64,000 bases of DNA from an uncultured bacterium (GTDB lineage Bacteria; Verrucomicrobiota; Verrucomicrobiia; Verrucomicrobiales; DEV007). The notes below the pieces were generated by a model. The model did no database searches and had not been told where the DNA came from. It saw only the letters and a program-made list of their open reading frames with translations. Location: positions 1-64,000 of the forward strand of contig CAXBMO010000024.1 of assembly GCA_963977015.1 (NCBI GenBank). The letters run 5' to 3'. Shown one piece after another: positions 29,535 to 39,816 of this stretch. Within the stretch, counting starts at the first letter, position 1. Each line of letters opens with the position of its first letter. The position numbers were made by a program, and so were the translations under genes.

Positions 29535-30848
29535 TTAAATGAACTCGTTGATGATGTTCTCCAGCATCTCCTGGCGACCACTCCGGGTCGTCGGTTCGCC
29601 GGTTGCCAGGATGTGGGCTTCGCAATCTTCGAGCGTGGCCTTTCCAGACTCAATTTGCGCTCCAATTCCAGAGTCGAAGCTTGCGTAGCGCTCCTTCACG
29701 AAAGAGTCGATTCGACCATCCTCGATCATGGCGTGAGCGATTTTCAATCCCCGAGCAAAGGCGTCCATCCCGCCAATGTGAGCGTGGAAAAGATCCTCGA
29801 CCTCAAAGCTTTCCCGACGGCACTTCGCATCGAAGTTGAGACCGCCGGTCGTGAAACCGCCCATCGCAAGAACTTCAAGCATGATTCCCGTGGTCAGATA
29901 GATATCGGTCGGGAACTGATCCGTATCCCAACCAATCAGTTCGTCGCCGGTATTTGCATCGATCGAACCCAGTGCTCCGGCGTGGCGAGCAATCCGAAGC
30001 TCGTGCATCATGGTATGCCCCGCGAGGGTCGCGTGGTTGGTCTCGATATTCAGGCTGAGCTCCCCCATCAAACCGTGTTCACGGAGGAAGTTCAAACATG
30101 CGGCCGCGTCACTGTCGTACTGGTGAGTCGAGGGTTCACGAGGCTTCGGCTCGATGTAAAACCCGCCCTCAAAGCCGATCTTCTTTTTGTAATCAACCGC
30201 CATGTGAAGCAACTGCGCCAAGTGATCCAACTCGCGCTTCACGTCAGTATTCCAAAGCGTGGCGTAGCCTTCACGGCCTCCCCAGAATACGTAACCTTCG
30301 CCGCCAAGCCGTTTCGTCACATCGATCGCCTTTTTCACCTGGGATGCGCCGTAGGCAAACACGTCAGCATAAGGCGACGTTCCCGCACCTTGATTGTAAC
30401 GTTTGTGGGCAAACAAGCAGGCCGTCCCCCACAGCAATTTGATGCCCGTCTCGTTCTGCGCTTTCTCCAGCTCGTCAGCAACGGCGTCAAAGGCATCATT
30501 GGTGGCTTGAAGGTCTTCCAATTCAGGAGACACATCGCGATCATGGAAGCAGTAGAAGTCGATCCCGGTCTTCTGCATGAACTCGAACATCGCCCAAACA
30601 CGCTTCTGCGCATTCTCGACGGAGTTGGTTCCATCATCCCAGGGGCGCTCCGCAGTCGGTCCACCGAAGGGATCCGCCAAGCCATTTCGCATCGTGTGCC
30701 AATACGCGCAGGCAAACCGCAGATGCTCCTTCATCGACTTGTCGCCCACTTTCTCCTCTGCGTCATAATGTTTGAACGCCAGGGGATTTTTGGACTTGGA
30801 ACCTTCGAATTCGATCTTGGGGATTTTTGGGAAAAATTCGTCGCTCAT
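29535..30848 (-). CDS. xylA: Xylose isomerase (class II)
   Basis: [46 protein letters not shown]. Confidence 0.97.
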   Translation of the reverse strand: MSDEFFPKIPKIEFEGSKSKNPLAFKHYDAEEKVGDKSMKEHLRFACAYWHTMRNGLADPFGGPTAERPWDDGTNSVENAQKRVWAMFEFMQKTGIDFYCFHDRDVSPELEDLQATNDAFDAVADELEKAQNETGIKLLWGTACLFAHKRYNQGAGTSPYADVFAYGASQVKKAIDVTKRLGGEGYVFWGGREGYATLWNTDVKRELDHLAQLLHMAVDYKKKIGFEGGFYIEPKPREPSTHQYDSDAAACLNFLREHGLMGELSLNIETNHATLAGHTMMHELRIARHAGALGSIDANTGDELIGWDTDQFPTDIYLTTGIMLEVLAMGGFTTGGLNFDAKCRRESFEVEDLFHAHIGGMDAFARGLKIAHAMIEDGRIDSFVKERYASFDSGIGAQIESGKATLEDCEAHILATGEPTTRSGRQEMLENIINEFI

Positions 30849-30941
30849 CCACGGAATAGTCGAGCGGGAGCCCCCGGAATCAAGCTCGAAATCGGCACCA
30901 GAAATTGCTCTAACACGATCAGGAGAAACGGGATTTGCCCC

Positions 30942-30980
30942 AAAAGAAACGGGCGCGTCTCCTTCCAGAGACACGCCCGT
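30942..30980 (-). terminator. Intrinsic terminator
   Basis: 13-bp stem ACGGGCGTGTCTC/GAGACGCGCCCGT (one G-U pair), 6-nt loop, followed by TTCTTTT on the minus strand. Confidence 0.8.
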
Positions 30981-31006
30981 AAGCCACGCGCACAATTCAA
31001 CACTTA

Positions 31007-31220
31007 ATGAAAAACCAACCTACTCAGGTGGTCTCATGAAAATTCTTTTTCGCGCCTCGCTCGGCAAGGGACGGAAAGCAGGTTCGCCGTGGGGAGGTGA
31101 TTCCGTGAAGGAATCAGCGATTCCCTGCTCCCGTCCCAAATTGCGAGACGTTTGAAATTCTGAAGTCTCCGAACCATCGCTCATGATCGACTTCGCAAGC
31201 TTGTAGGCTTGGAAACTCAT
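31007..31220 (-). ncRNA. Rod-shaped structured RNA, candidate 6S RNA
   Basis: Nested inverted repeats pair end to end over 214 nt. G-U pairs favour the minus strand. TACCAT -10 box 5 nt upstream; terminator downstream. Confidence 0.5.
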
Positions 31221-31267
31221 GGAAGATGGTATGGTGACAAAAATCATCGGGAGGGGGACTCGACGGG

Positions 31268-31726
31268 TTACTCTGCAGGTAACACAGGTTGGATATAAAC
31301 TCTTTCTCCGTCGCGGTAGTCGCGATAGGCCTTGCCTTTGATCACGCGCATGCCGCGGTAGGAAGCTTTCTGGAAGGAAGGACTGCCGGAAACTGGAACC
31401 AGTTCACCATTCACGATCTGGTAAACGGGATTCACCTTTTGCTCCGTTGGCGTTTTGATCACCGGCGTCGATGCAACCGATTCATTCGAAGAGGTTACCA
31501 CCCGGGTGGTTTGAACAGCCATCATCAAGGCGACAAACAACGCTGCGGCAGCGACCGACCACTGCGCAAATGGATGATGAATGATGTTGGAGGGTTGGGC
31601 CAATTCCTCCTCAGCCTGATGAATCGTCATTTCGAGCCGGTGAGAAAATTCCAAGCTCGGTTGCGAAGGGCGGAGCTGCGATAGTCGCTCTTCGAGTTGT
31701 TCTAAGCTGATTTCAGACTGTTTCAT
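31268..31726 (-). CDS. Single-pass membrane protein, anti-sigma-factor-like architecture
   Basis: N-terminal LEERLSQLRPSQPS helix, one TM, C-terminal domain. Confidence 0.6.
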   Translation of the reverse strand: MKQSEISLEQLEERLSQLRPSQPSLEFSHRLEMTIHQAEEELAQPSNIIHHPFAQWSVAAAALFVALMMAVQTTRVVTSSNESVASTPVIKTPTEQKVNPVYQIVNGELVPVSGSPSFQKASYRGMRVIKGKAYRDYRDGERVYIQPVLPAE

Positions 31727-31924
31727 ACTTGTTGTCGTGTCTGAAGCGAAGATGCCCGGATCATTTGTCTAAATAACTGCAAAAAAAATACAACCACCTT
31801 CGCCCACCCCTCCCAGCCGGAGACAACGGCACGGAAAACTTCTCCCACCGCAATTCCGTTCCGCAAGCTCCGTAAGGATTCCCGGTTGACCGCACCAAAT
31901 CCAGATTCGACATAACGCCATCTC

Positions 31925-33163
31925 ATGGAATTCAACGCCTACTTTTTCATCATCCTGCTTACCGTCGTCGGTCTCTACAAACTCGACTTGTTCTCGGAGA
32001 TCCTCAACATGAAGGCGCTGCGTTCCGAACCGCCGGAGGACTTCAAAGACGTCTATGACGCGGACAAATATGCCGAAAGCCAGGAATACACGAAGGTGAA
32101 GACCTACTTCGGAATCATCGAATCCACTTTTTCCCTCGTTGTCTTCCTCCTTTTCTGGCTCCTGGGAGGGTTCGCCTGGCTCGATGGCATCGTGCGCGGG
32201 TATGTCGAGGCTCCGGTTTTGCGAGGTCTCCTCTACGTTTGCCTGCTTTACCTCGGCAACATGATCCTCAGTCTCCCGTTTGAGATTCACAACACCTTCA
32301 AAATCGAGGAACGGTTTGGCTTCAACAAAACCACCCCCAAAACCTTCGTCATCGATCACCTCAAAGGGCTCGCGCTCGGCGCGATTCTTGGCCTGCCCAT
32401 TCTCGCTCTCATCCTTTGGCTCTTTGGAAAATGGGACCTCGCCTGGCTTTACGCCTTCATCCTCGTCACTGTATTTTCGCTCGTGCTCAGCTACGTGGCT
32501 CCAACCTGGATCATGCCGCTCTTCAACAAGTTCGAGCCACTCGAAGATGGCGAACTGAAGGATGAGATCCACAAAATGGCCGCGAAATGCGACTTTCCAC
32601 TCACCGAGGTTTCCATCATGGACGGCAGCAAACGTTCCGCCAAATCGAACGCATTCTTTACCGGTTTCGGGAAAAACAAGAAAATCGCGCTGTTCGACAC
32701 ACTGGTCGAAAAACACAGCGTCGCGGAACTCGTTGCCGTTCTCGCTCACGAAATCGGCCACTACAAGCGAAAGCACATCGTGCAAAGCATGGTTCTGGGC
32801 ATCCTTCAAACCGGCATCACGTTTTACCTGTTAAGCCTTTTCCTGAACAACGAAGGTCTGTTCGCGGCGTTTGGCGTCCCCGAAACCTCCGTCTATCTCA
32901 GCCTCATCTTCTTCGGCCTTCTCTACACGCCGATCAGCAAGATCATCTCCATCTTTATGACGATGCTGAGCCGGAAAAACGAGTTCGAGGCCGACGCCTA
33001 CGCCGCCGAGGTCACTGGTGAACCGGAGACGATGATCACCGCATTGAAGAAGTTGAGCAAAGACAACCTTAGCAACCTCACCCCCCACCCTTTCTACGTC
33101 TTCCTCAACTACTCGCACCCTCCCGTGCCGGAGCGAATCGCAGCCTTGCGCAGCGGAACCTGA
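31925..33163 (+). CDS. M48 Ste24-type zinc metalloprotease
   Basis: FKIEERFGFN, NAFFTG, AHEIGH, EFEAD, YSHP...RI. Confidence 0.95.
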   Translation: MEFNAYFFIILLTVVGLYKLDLFSEILNMKALRSEPPEDFKDVYDADKYAESQEYTKVKTYFGIIESTFSLVVFLLFWLLGGFAWLDGIVRGYVEAPVLRGLLYVCLLYLGNMILSLPFEIHNTFKIEERFGFNKTTPKTFVIDHLKGLALGAILGLPILALILWLFGKWDLAWLYAFILVTVFSLVLSYVAPTWIMPLFNKFEPLEDGELKDEIHKMAAKCDFPLTEVSIMDGSKRSAKSNAFFTGFGKNKKIALFDTLVEKHSVAELVAVLAHEIGHYKRKHIVQSMVLGILQTGITFYLLSLFLNNEGLFAAFGVPETSVYLSLIFFGLLYTPISKIISIFMTMLSRKNEFEADAYAAEVTGEPETMITALKKLSKDNLSNLTPHPFYVFLNYSHPPVPERIAALRSGT

Positions 33164-33180
33164 TCTTCTATCATCTCCCC
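33146..33180 (+). promoter_or_regulatory. sigma70 promoter for a leaderless transcript
   Basis: TTGCGC-N17-TATCAT-N6-ATG, no Shine-Dalgarno. Confidence 0.6.
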
Positions 33181-33753
33181 ATGCTCGAAATTTTGGCCAT
33201 TCCCGACGTTCGCGAACGAATCGCGCCGATCACGATCGAGCGCTATCACCGCATGATCGACCTCGGCGTGTTTGCGGATTGGAATGTGGAGTTGTTAAAC
33301 GGAGTCCTCGTCGAGAAAATGTCCAAGTCCGCCCTGCACATGTTTGTCATTGATTGTCTGTTGGAATTGCTCCAGCAACATTGTCCGAAATCGGACTACC
33401 TGGTTCGCCAGGAAGGAGCCATCACGATCGGCGATTCCGAACCGGAGCCAGATGTTTCCGCCGTGTTGGGTGCACGTAGCCAATTCAAAAATACCAAGCC
33501 CAACACTGCCCAATTTGTGGCCGAAGTGGCGATCAGTTCCCTGGCCATTGATCGCGCCAAAGCTCCCACCTACGCCCAAGCCGGAATCCCGGAATACTGG
33601 ATCGTCCAGCCGGAAACCCGCGCTACCGAAGTCTACCGCAACCCGGCCAACGGCGAATACACCGAAAAAACCGAAGTCCCCGCCGAAACCACGCTCGAAT
33701 CCAGCGCGCTACCCGGTTTCACCTTCAATCTGGCTGAAACGTTGGCGGAATAG
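33181..33753 (+). CDS. Uma2-family (DUF820) PD-(D/E)xK-like protein
   Basis: VELLNG, SEPEPDV, VAEVA.SSL..DR.K...YA.AGIPEYWIV. Confidence 0.92.
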   Translation: MLEILAIPDVRERIAPITIERYHRMIDLGVFADWNVELLNGVLVEKMSKSALHMFVIDCLLELLQQHCPKSDYLVRQEGAITIGDSEPEPDVSAVLGARSQFKNTKPNTAQFVAEVAISSLAIDRAKAPTYAQAGIPEYWIVQPETRATEVYRNPANGEYTEKTEVPAETTLESSALPGFTFNLAETLAE

Positions 33754-33815
33754 CCACTTGTGATGGGCCTCGTCTATCGGCGAGTTTGCCAGCCAATCCA
33801 ACTCCCTTAAATTCT

Positions 33816-35207
33816 CTAATCCGCCCGCCGAAAATCGTAGCAACGCAACCTCGGCGAACTGCCCGTCTTCATCTCCCGCTGATTCTGGCAAACGTAGAGG
33901 AGTCCCTTGCTGATCGCGGGGAGGGTCCAGCTTTGCTGAGCACTGAAGAGCTCGACACGGTGGTTTTCGGTGACGCCATCCGGAGTGAGTTCAAGCGTGG
34001 AAAACGTTCCCAATTCGCCAAGCGCGTAAACCCGGCCGTCAGCCCGAAGCAAACTGCCGCGAAAGTAACTCCATCCAAAGGTGCGACCGTCGATCTCCGT
34101 CTTCCAAAACATTTCTTCCCGCCATTTCCGTTCGCCCGTCGCCGCGTCCCAGCAGTCCAATCCCGCATCGGGTTCGTTCCGTCCCGTGAAAGCGTAAAGA
34201 TGACCGTCCATGAACAGGGGTTGGCTCCAATGACACTTCAGTTCTTCAGCCGTCCAAACCTTGGATAGCGTGAAGTCTTCGCCAACCTGAAGCAGGCAGC
34301 CTCCTATTTCATACGTCTCTGTGATGAGGACGCGGTTGCCGGGAATGATCAAAGGAGTGGAGGCATTGACCGATTCGTACTTTTCCGCCCGCCACGGGAA
34401 ACTGTCGTGGAGTTCGCCGGTTTTGGGATCAATCAGCAGCAACCCTCCGGTGGAGGGGCGACTCTCCCCACCGCAGTAGACGAGCAGCTTCTCCTGGCCA
34501 TGAAACGTCGCCAAAATGGGAGACGCATAGCTGGATCCCCAAGCGTGAGGGGTCTCCCAAACCGTTTCGCCAGTTTTGGCATCAAAGGCGGCCACGCCGA
34601 TGCCTTTGCTGCCGCCAAGATTCATGAACACCTTGCCGTCGGAGACGAGCGGATTGGGACCATGCCCGAAAAAATACTGCGGAATGCCATAGTCGGTCGC
34701 CAAATCACGAACCCAGACCTGTTCCCCGCTTTCCAGATTCAGGCAACGCATCCAACTATTGGGCGCGAGGGTGTAAATATGCCCATCTGCAATTACCGCG
34801 CTGGCTCGTGGCCCGTTCGAATAGCCGAAACGGTCGCGATAGCGATTGGGCTCCTCAAAACTCCAATACCGTTTGCCGGTCTCAGGATGAAGGCACTCAA
34901 TGATGTCAACATCCTTGAGATTGTGATAGAGCACGAGACGCTCGCCAACAATCACCGGGCAGGCATAGCCTTCGCCTTTTTCGACTTCCCAGACGAGCGT
35001 CGGCCCCGATTCCGGCCATTCGGACAGAAGGTGGGTTTCCCCGCTGGTCGCGTCGTCGTTGAGACCGAGAAAGCGCGGCCAATCCTCAGTCTTGGCCTCT
35101 TTGGAAAGCGGTTTGGCCGCCGTGTGAAACGTAAGCCGATCAAAGTCGTCCTGTGCCGAAGCCAGGGCGACCGATAGACCAATCAGCAAAATGCTGAAGC
35201 GTTTCAC
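33816..35207 (-). CDS. Exported PQQ-like (BamB-family) beta-propeller protein
   Basis: DWPRFLG, repeated .TG...W blades, SYASP; GTG start overlaps the upstream stop (GTGA). Confidence 0.88.
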   Translation of the reverse strand: MKRFSILLIGLSVALASAQDDFDRLTFHTAAKPLSKEAKTEDWPRFLGLNDDATSGETHLLSEWPESGPTLVWEVEKGEGYACPVIVGERLVLYHNLKDVDIIECLHPETGKRYWSFEEPNRYRDRFGYSNGPRASAVIADGHIYTLAPNSWMRCLNLESGEQVWVRDLATDYGIPQYFFGHGPNPLVSDGKVFMNLGGSKGIGVAAFDAKTGETVWETPHAWGSSYASPILATFHGQEKLLVYCGGESRPSTGGLLLIDPKTGELHDSFPWRAEKYESVNASTPLIIPGNRVLITETYEIGGCLLQVGEDFTLSKVWTAEELKCHWSQPLFMDGHLYAFTGRNEPDAGLDCWDAATGERKWREEMFWKTEIDGRTFGWSYFRGSLLRADGRVYALGELGTFSTLELTPDGVTENHRVELFSAQQSWTLPAISKGLLYVCQNQREMKTGSSPRLRCYDFRRAD

Positions 35208-35704
35208 GCGTCGAGAACCTTGTTCCACTTCGCCAACTGATCCGCTTGATCTGCGAAAAGTGCCTCGGTGGAATCCGCAATCTTGATGGCTTTGATTTTG
35301 TCACCCTTCTCAATCGCGTCGACCACGTCTTGTCCTTCATCCACTTTCCCAAACACGGTGTGTTTTCCGTTCAACCAATCGGTGGCGACGTGGGTGATGA
35401 AAAACTGGCTTCCGTTGGTTCCCGGACCTGCGTTTGCCATGGAAAACACTCCAGGACCATCGTGCTTGAGACCGGTATTGACTTCATCGCCAAATTTGTA
35501 GCCGGGGCCGCCGGAGCCGGTTCCGGTTGGATCGCCGCCTTGGACCATGAAATCAGGAATCACGCGATGAAACGTGAGCCCGTCGTAGTAACCACGGGTT
35601 GCCAGGTTCAGAAAATTCGCGCAGGTCATCGGAGCTTTATCGGCATAAAGCGTGGCTTTGATGTCACCTTTGGAGGTTTCGAGGGTAATACGGATATCGC
35701 TCAC
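35204..35704 (-). CDS. Cytoplasmic cyclophilin-type peptidyl-prolyl isomerase
   Basis: [37 protein letters not shown] start assumed. Confidence 0.93.
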   Translation of the reverse strand: MSDIRITLETSKGDIKATLYADKAPMTCANFLNLATRGYYDGLTFHRVIPDFMVQGGDPTGTGSGGPGYKFGDEVNTGLKHDGPGVFSMANAGPGTNGSQFFITHVATDWLNGKHTVFGKVDEGQDVVDAIEKGDKIKAIKIADSTEALFADQADQLAKWNKVLDA

Positions 35705-35741
35705 AGGAGTAGGTAGTTTTGTAGTTGAAATTTGAGACTGG

Positions 35742-36359
35742 TTATTCAGCAGAAACGCGTTTCGCCGACGTGATGACGACGTCTTCGCTGGGCACGTCGC
35801 GGAAAGGACGCTCGGAAAGAGATCCATCCATGCCGCGTGCCGAAATGACTTTCTGGCCCGTGGAAACCGCGCCGATTGCTTCCACAACGTCGATTCCCTC
35901 GACCACCTTTCCAAACACCGCGTATCCCCAACCATCCTGACCTGGATAATCCAAAAATCCGTTTTCCTTCAGATTGATGAAAAATTGGGCCGAAGCGCTA
36001 TGCGGATCACCGGTCCGTGCCATCGCCAGTGTTCCAAACTTATTCTTAAGGCCGTTCTTCGCCTCATTCTGAATCGGATCACGCACCTCTTTCTGATAAA
36101 TCTTTCCACCTTCGGCCAACGCAAAACCGCCCGTCTGAATCATGAAGTCCTCAATCACCCGATGAAAAACGATGCCATTGTAGTGCCCGTCATCGACATA
36201 CTTCAGGAAATTCGCGACCGTCTTCGGCGCTTTCTCATCATTCAACTCTACGACAATTTTTCCTTTGGTCGTATCGAACTCAACTTTAGGACCGGCGACC
36301 GCGCTGCTGATAGCAAAGAGTCCAAGGACCGAGGCGATGAACGCTTTCGAAAGTTTCAT
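35742..36359 (-). CDS. Periplasmic cyclophilin-type peptidyl-prolyl isomerase (PpiA-like)
   Basis: Signal peptide; [31 protein letters not shown]. Confidence 0.93.
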   Translation of the reverse strand: MKLSKAFIASVLGLFAISSAVAGPKVEFDTTKGKIVVELNDEKAPKTVANFLKYVDDGHYNGIVFHRVIEDFMIQTGGFALAEGGKIYQKEVRDPIQNEAKNGLKNKFGTLAMARTGDPHSASAQFFINLKENGFLDYPGQDGWGYAVFGKVVEGIDVVEAIGAVSTGQKVISARGMDGSLSERPFRDVPSEDVVITSAKRVSAE

Positions 36360-36431
36360 GTAACAATTTATGGGTGTTTTGGTAGACTACAGGGATTGGC
36401 ACCGTAGATAGACTTCGACCTCACGCAAGGG

Positions 36432-37118
36432 ATGATTATTCTGATTACGAACGATGACGGGATTGACGCAGACGGGCTCAACGCGCTGAAGAATGCGGCC
36501 TCAGGTCTCGGTGAAATTTTTACGGTGGCCCCCGCCGGAGCCATGTCGCAAGTCGGTCACCGGGTCACGACAGACCAGCCGATTCCAGTCGAAGAACGCG
36601 GCGAACGAGCCTGGGCGGTGGACGGTACACCGGCGGATTGCGTGCGGGTCGCCATCACCAAGCTTCTCCCCAAGAGACCGGATTGGGTTCTCAGCGGAAT
36701 CAATCACGGCGGCAATATGGGCCATGATATCTACATTTCCGGCACTGTCGCCGCCGTTCGCGAAGCGGCCTACCACGGACTCCAGGGCATCGCGGTTTCC
36801 CACTACATCCGAAACGGCGTTCCCTTGAATTGGGACGTCTCCAGTCGGCGCGCCGCGGCCGTCATTGAAACGCTGGTGAGCAACCCGCTCGATCCGGGAG
36901 AGCACTGGAATGTCAATCTGCCCCACATTTACGAGCACGATCCGGAACCTGAATCCCAGCACACGGAACCGGATCCAGCCCCGTTGCCCGTCGATTTTGA
37001 CGACTCCGCCGAAGGGCTTCGCTACAAGGGCGTTTACGGCGATCGGCTACGAGCGCCGGGCTCGGATGTCGCCGTTTGTTTTGGCGGACAAATCAGCGTT
37101 TCAAAATTGAAAATCTGA
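36432..37118 (+). CDS. surE: 5'/3'-nucleotidase SurE
   Basis: ILITNDDG, GTPADCV, SGINHGGN, SGTVAA. Confidence 0.95.
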   Translation: MIILITNDDGIDADGLNALKNAASGLGEIFTVAPAGAMSQVGHRVTTDQPIPVEERGERAWAVDGTPADCVRVAITKLLPKRPDWVLSGINHGGNMGHDIYISGTVAAVREAAYHGLQGIAVSHYIRNGVPLNWDVSSRRAAAVIETLVSNPLDPGEHWNVNLPHIYEHDPEPESQHTEPDPAPLPVDFDDSAEGLRYKGVYGDRLRAPGSDVAVCFGGQISVSKLKI

Positions 37119-37301
37119 AACGTCAGGGCGCCGGTTTACTCTCCGCGATCCACTTCTTTTACGATCTGTTCCATCACGGCCGGGTACTCGGCAAACGCGG
37201 TCTTCCCACATCCGTCAACGAACACTTGATCGTCGCTCGTCCGACAAACTGCGGCACTTATTTCGAACGGCAAATGGGTCCCCGAAAATGCCTAACGCTC
37301 C

Positions 37302-38222
37302 TTACTCCGTAGCGGAGGCTGCACTCACCGGCGTCAAGTCCTCCGGAGAAGCAATGGGCTTCGCTTGGGGAGCTGCTTGAGCGGTTTGTCCCTGATTTCC
37401 CAGTTGGATCAATTGGGAGACGGTCACGAACTTGAAGCCTTTTGCGAGCAATCGATCGAAGGTCGAAGGCATCGCGTCAATCGTGGATTTGTGAATGTCG
37501 TGCGCCAGTAAAATTCCGCCATTGCGAGCTCCGGCGACCAATCGATCTGCGACGACAGAAACTCCCGGCTTTTTCCAGTCGAGCGGATCGACATTCCACA
37601 AAATGGTCGGGTACCCATACTCTGATTTCATGAACGACTTCAGACTGGAGGAAACGGCCCCGTACGGCGGACGATACGACTTTGGCTGCACCCCTGTTGC
37701 GGCAACAATCGCATCGCGCGTTCTTTCCATTTCACTGCGAATCCCCGCCTGCGAAAGCTTGGTGAGGTCCGCATGGGTCCACGTATGATTCGCAACCTCG
37801 TGACCTTCCGCAATCATCCGCTTCAAGATGGACGGGTAACTCCTCGCATTTGGCCCGACGACATAGAAGGTCGCTTTGATGTTGCGTTGCTTCATCATGT
37901 CCAACAAGCGCGGCGTGTTGCTCGGGTGCGGTCCGTCGTCAAACGTCATCGCAATGTAGGGCTGACTGATTTTGACGGAAGAGTAGGTCGTTCCGGCCAC
38001 TTTCATGTTTGCCGGAGGAATGCTCGGAGCTTGGTTCCATCCAGGTTTCGTCGCCTGTTTTTCCTGCGCATTGGTGTAGTTTTCCCGCCATTTTTCGTTT
38101 GAGGCGAATTCAGGCTTGTCGTCCTTCTCCAATTTCTTGGATTGGAGCGATTGGCAACTGGTGAAGGAAGACGCAGCGCCGAGGGCAAGAAGAACGATGG
38201 TCAAATGACGAATGAGAAACAT
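37302..38222 (-). CDS. Polysaccharide deacetylase (CE4/NodB), lipoprotein
   Basis: Lipobox FTSC; TFDDGP, NHTWTH, RPPYG, DPLDW, LAHD. Confidence 0.92.
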   Translation of the reverse strand: MFLIRHLTIVLLALGAASSFTSCQSLQSKKLEKDDKPEFASNEKWRENYTNAQEKQATKPGWNQAPSIPPANMKVAGTTYSSVKISQPYIAMTFDDGPHPSNTPRLLDMMKQRNIKATFYVVGPNARSYPSILKRMIAEGHEVANHTWTHADLTKLSQAGIRSEMERTRDAIVAATGVQPKSYRPPYGAVSSSLKSFMKSEYGYPTILWNVDPLDWKKPGVSVVADRLVAGARNGGILLAHDIHKSTIDAMPSTFDRLLAKGFKFVTVSQLIQLGNQGQTAQAAPQAKPIASPEDLTPVSAASATE

Positions 38223-38326
38223 GGCAGGATGGGTGGGCGCAATTTTAGACGTGAATTCGAGAATTGACCATGAAAAGTTCTCGATCGGGGTGTCTTTGTG
38301 AGACCGACTTCTTAATAGCTTGGAAA

Positions 38327-39190
38327 TTACAGAAATCTGGACAACACCGGGCGCAATTTTTCCACGGTTTCCGGCGGCCAAAGGCTCTTGTCCGTGATGA
38401 TTGCCGTATCCAATGCCTGATGCTCCGGCCAGGTTGGCTCGGTTGGGATTCGCGGAATCGCGGCTGCGAGAATCTTCTTCGCATTCTCCGCGTTGGCCAT
38501 GAGGTGGCCGATGACCATTTCCACGTTCACATCTTCCTCATCCTGCTTCCAGCAGTCGTAATCCGTAATCATGGCCAACGTCGAAAGCGCGATCTCCGCT
38601 TCCCGAGCCAATTTCGCTTCGGGAACATTGGTCATGCCGATGACGTCGAATCCCAATTGCCGGTTGGCGTTGGACTCTGCCCGGGTCGAGAAAGCCGGTC
38701 CATCCATGTTCACGTAAGTCGCCCCGTTGTGGACTGGAAGCCCCATTTCCGAGACCGTTTCGTGAAGGATGCCGCGAAGATCAGAGCTGATCGGCTCGGC
38801 AAAACTAATGTGCCCCACAATCCCGCTGCCAAAAAACGTGTGATTCTCCCGGCGGCTGGTCCGATCGAAAAACTGGTCTGGCAGAACGATATCTCTCGGC
38901 TTGTACTGCTCTTGAAGGCTGCCAACGGCGGTCACGGATATGATCCAGCGCACATTCAGCGAACGCATCGCCCAAATGTTGGCCTGGTGGTTCAGTTCCG
39001 TCGGTAAAATGCGATGCCCCTTTCCATGCCGTGGCAAAAAATACACCTGACGTCCTCCCAAGGTGCCGGAAACCAAGGCCTCGGACGGCGCCCCAAACGG
39101 CGTATCCACCTGGATCTCCTCTGCATTCTCCAGTCCCTCGATCTGGTAAAGACCGCTTCCGCCGATAATTCCGATAGCCGGTGAACTCAT
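38327..39190 (-). CDS. mtnP: S-methyl-5'-thioadenosine phosphorylase
   Basis: GIIGGSG, TPFG.PS, PRHG, GPAFSTRAES, GMT..PEA.LAREA, TDYDCW. Confidence 0.95.
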   Translation of the reverse strand: MSSPAIGIIGGSGLYQIEGLENAEEIQVDTPFGAPSEALVSGTLGGRQVYFLPRHGKGHRILPTELNHQANIWAMRSLNVRWIISVTAVGSLQEQYKPRDIVLPDQFFDRTSRRENHTFFGSGIVGHISFAEPISSDLRGILHETVSEMGLPVHNGATYVNMDGPAFSTRAESNANRQLGFDVIGMTNVPEAKLAREAEIALSTLAMITDYDCWKQDEEDVNVEMVIGHLMANAENAKKILAAAIPRIPTEPTWPEHQALDTAIITDKSLWPPETVEKLRPVLSRFL

Positions 39191-39232
39191 GAGGCGACTT
39201 CAGGGCAGAAACCCGATTGCTCAAGAAAAATC

Positions 39233-39778
39233 TCAGCTGGCCACACGCTCGATGCCGACGAGAAAGGGAGCCGCCTTGCGCGAATTCAGCGGATCGTAGC
39301 GCATCGCTCGAAACTTCGCAGAATCGAGGTTCTCGCAAAATCTCAGGATCGATTCCGATTCCTCCAGACCGCCGAGGTGACCAACATAAACCACCAAGGT
39401 AACGATCCCTCCGGCAGAGAGGCTCTCCAAGGCGCCTTTCAATGCCGGAATCGTCGTTTCCGCTTTGGTGATCTGCGTTTTGTCGCTGCCCGGCAAATAG
39501 CCCAGGTTGAACATGACCGCCTTGATCGCGGTAGTTCCCACATGGGCCGACAGGTTTTCATGCCCGTCAAGAATCAGCCGGGTTTGCTCAAGACAACCGG
39601 AATCGCTCAGTCGCTTCTTCGCGACCTCAAGCGCTTTGCTCTGAACATCAAACGCGAAGACCAGACCGCTGTCGCCGACCAAGCCAGCAAGAAACGCCGT
39701 GTCGTGGCCGTTGCCGACCGTCCCATCAATAACCGAGTCGCCCGAGATGACTCTCGCGGCGACCCATTGATGAGCCAA
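39233..39778 (-). CDS. YtqB/MnmM-like SAM-dependent RNA methyltransferase (start uncertain)
   Basis: DGTVGNGHDT, AFDVQ, GHE, FNLGYLPGSDK, Y.GH.GG.EE. Confidence 0.85.
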   Translation of the reverse strand: MAHQWVAARVISGDSVIDGTVGNGHDTAFLAGLVGDSGLVFAFDVQSKALEVAKKRLSDSGCLEQTRLILDGHENLSAHVGTTAIKAVMFNLGYLPGSDKTQITKAETTIPALKGALESLSAGGIVTLVVYVGHLGGLEESESILRFCENLDSAKFRAMRYDPLNSRKAAPFLVGIERVAS

Positions 39779-39816
39779 CTCCGTTGCTCGCGGGAAGCTC
39801 AGTTTGGCGCCCCGGC

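Noticed and set aside
31084-31125. Plus-strand TCCGTGAAGGAATCAGC as the SRP RNA conserved helix
   Set aside because: It lacks the CAGG/AGCA internal loop and GNRA tetraloop geometry, and G-U pairing favours the opposite strand.
31020-31247. 75-aa minus-strand ORF as a protein-coding gene
   Set aside because: No family features, and the extensive nested base-pairing is better explained by a structured RNA. Not fully excluded.
33181-33753. Uma2 protein, PLD protein and DNA methyltransferase as one restriction or defence system
   Set aside because: They are scattered 7-24 kb apart among housekeeping genes, with no island context.
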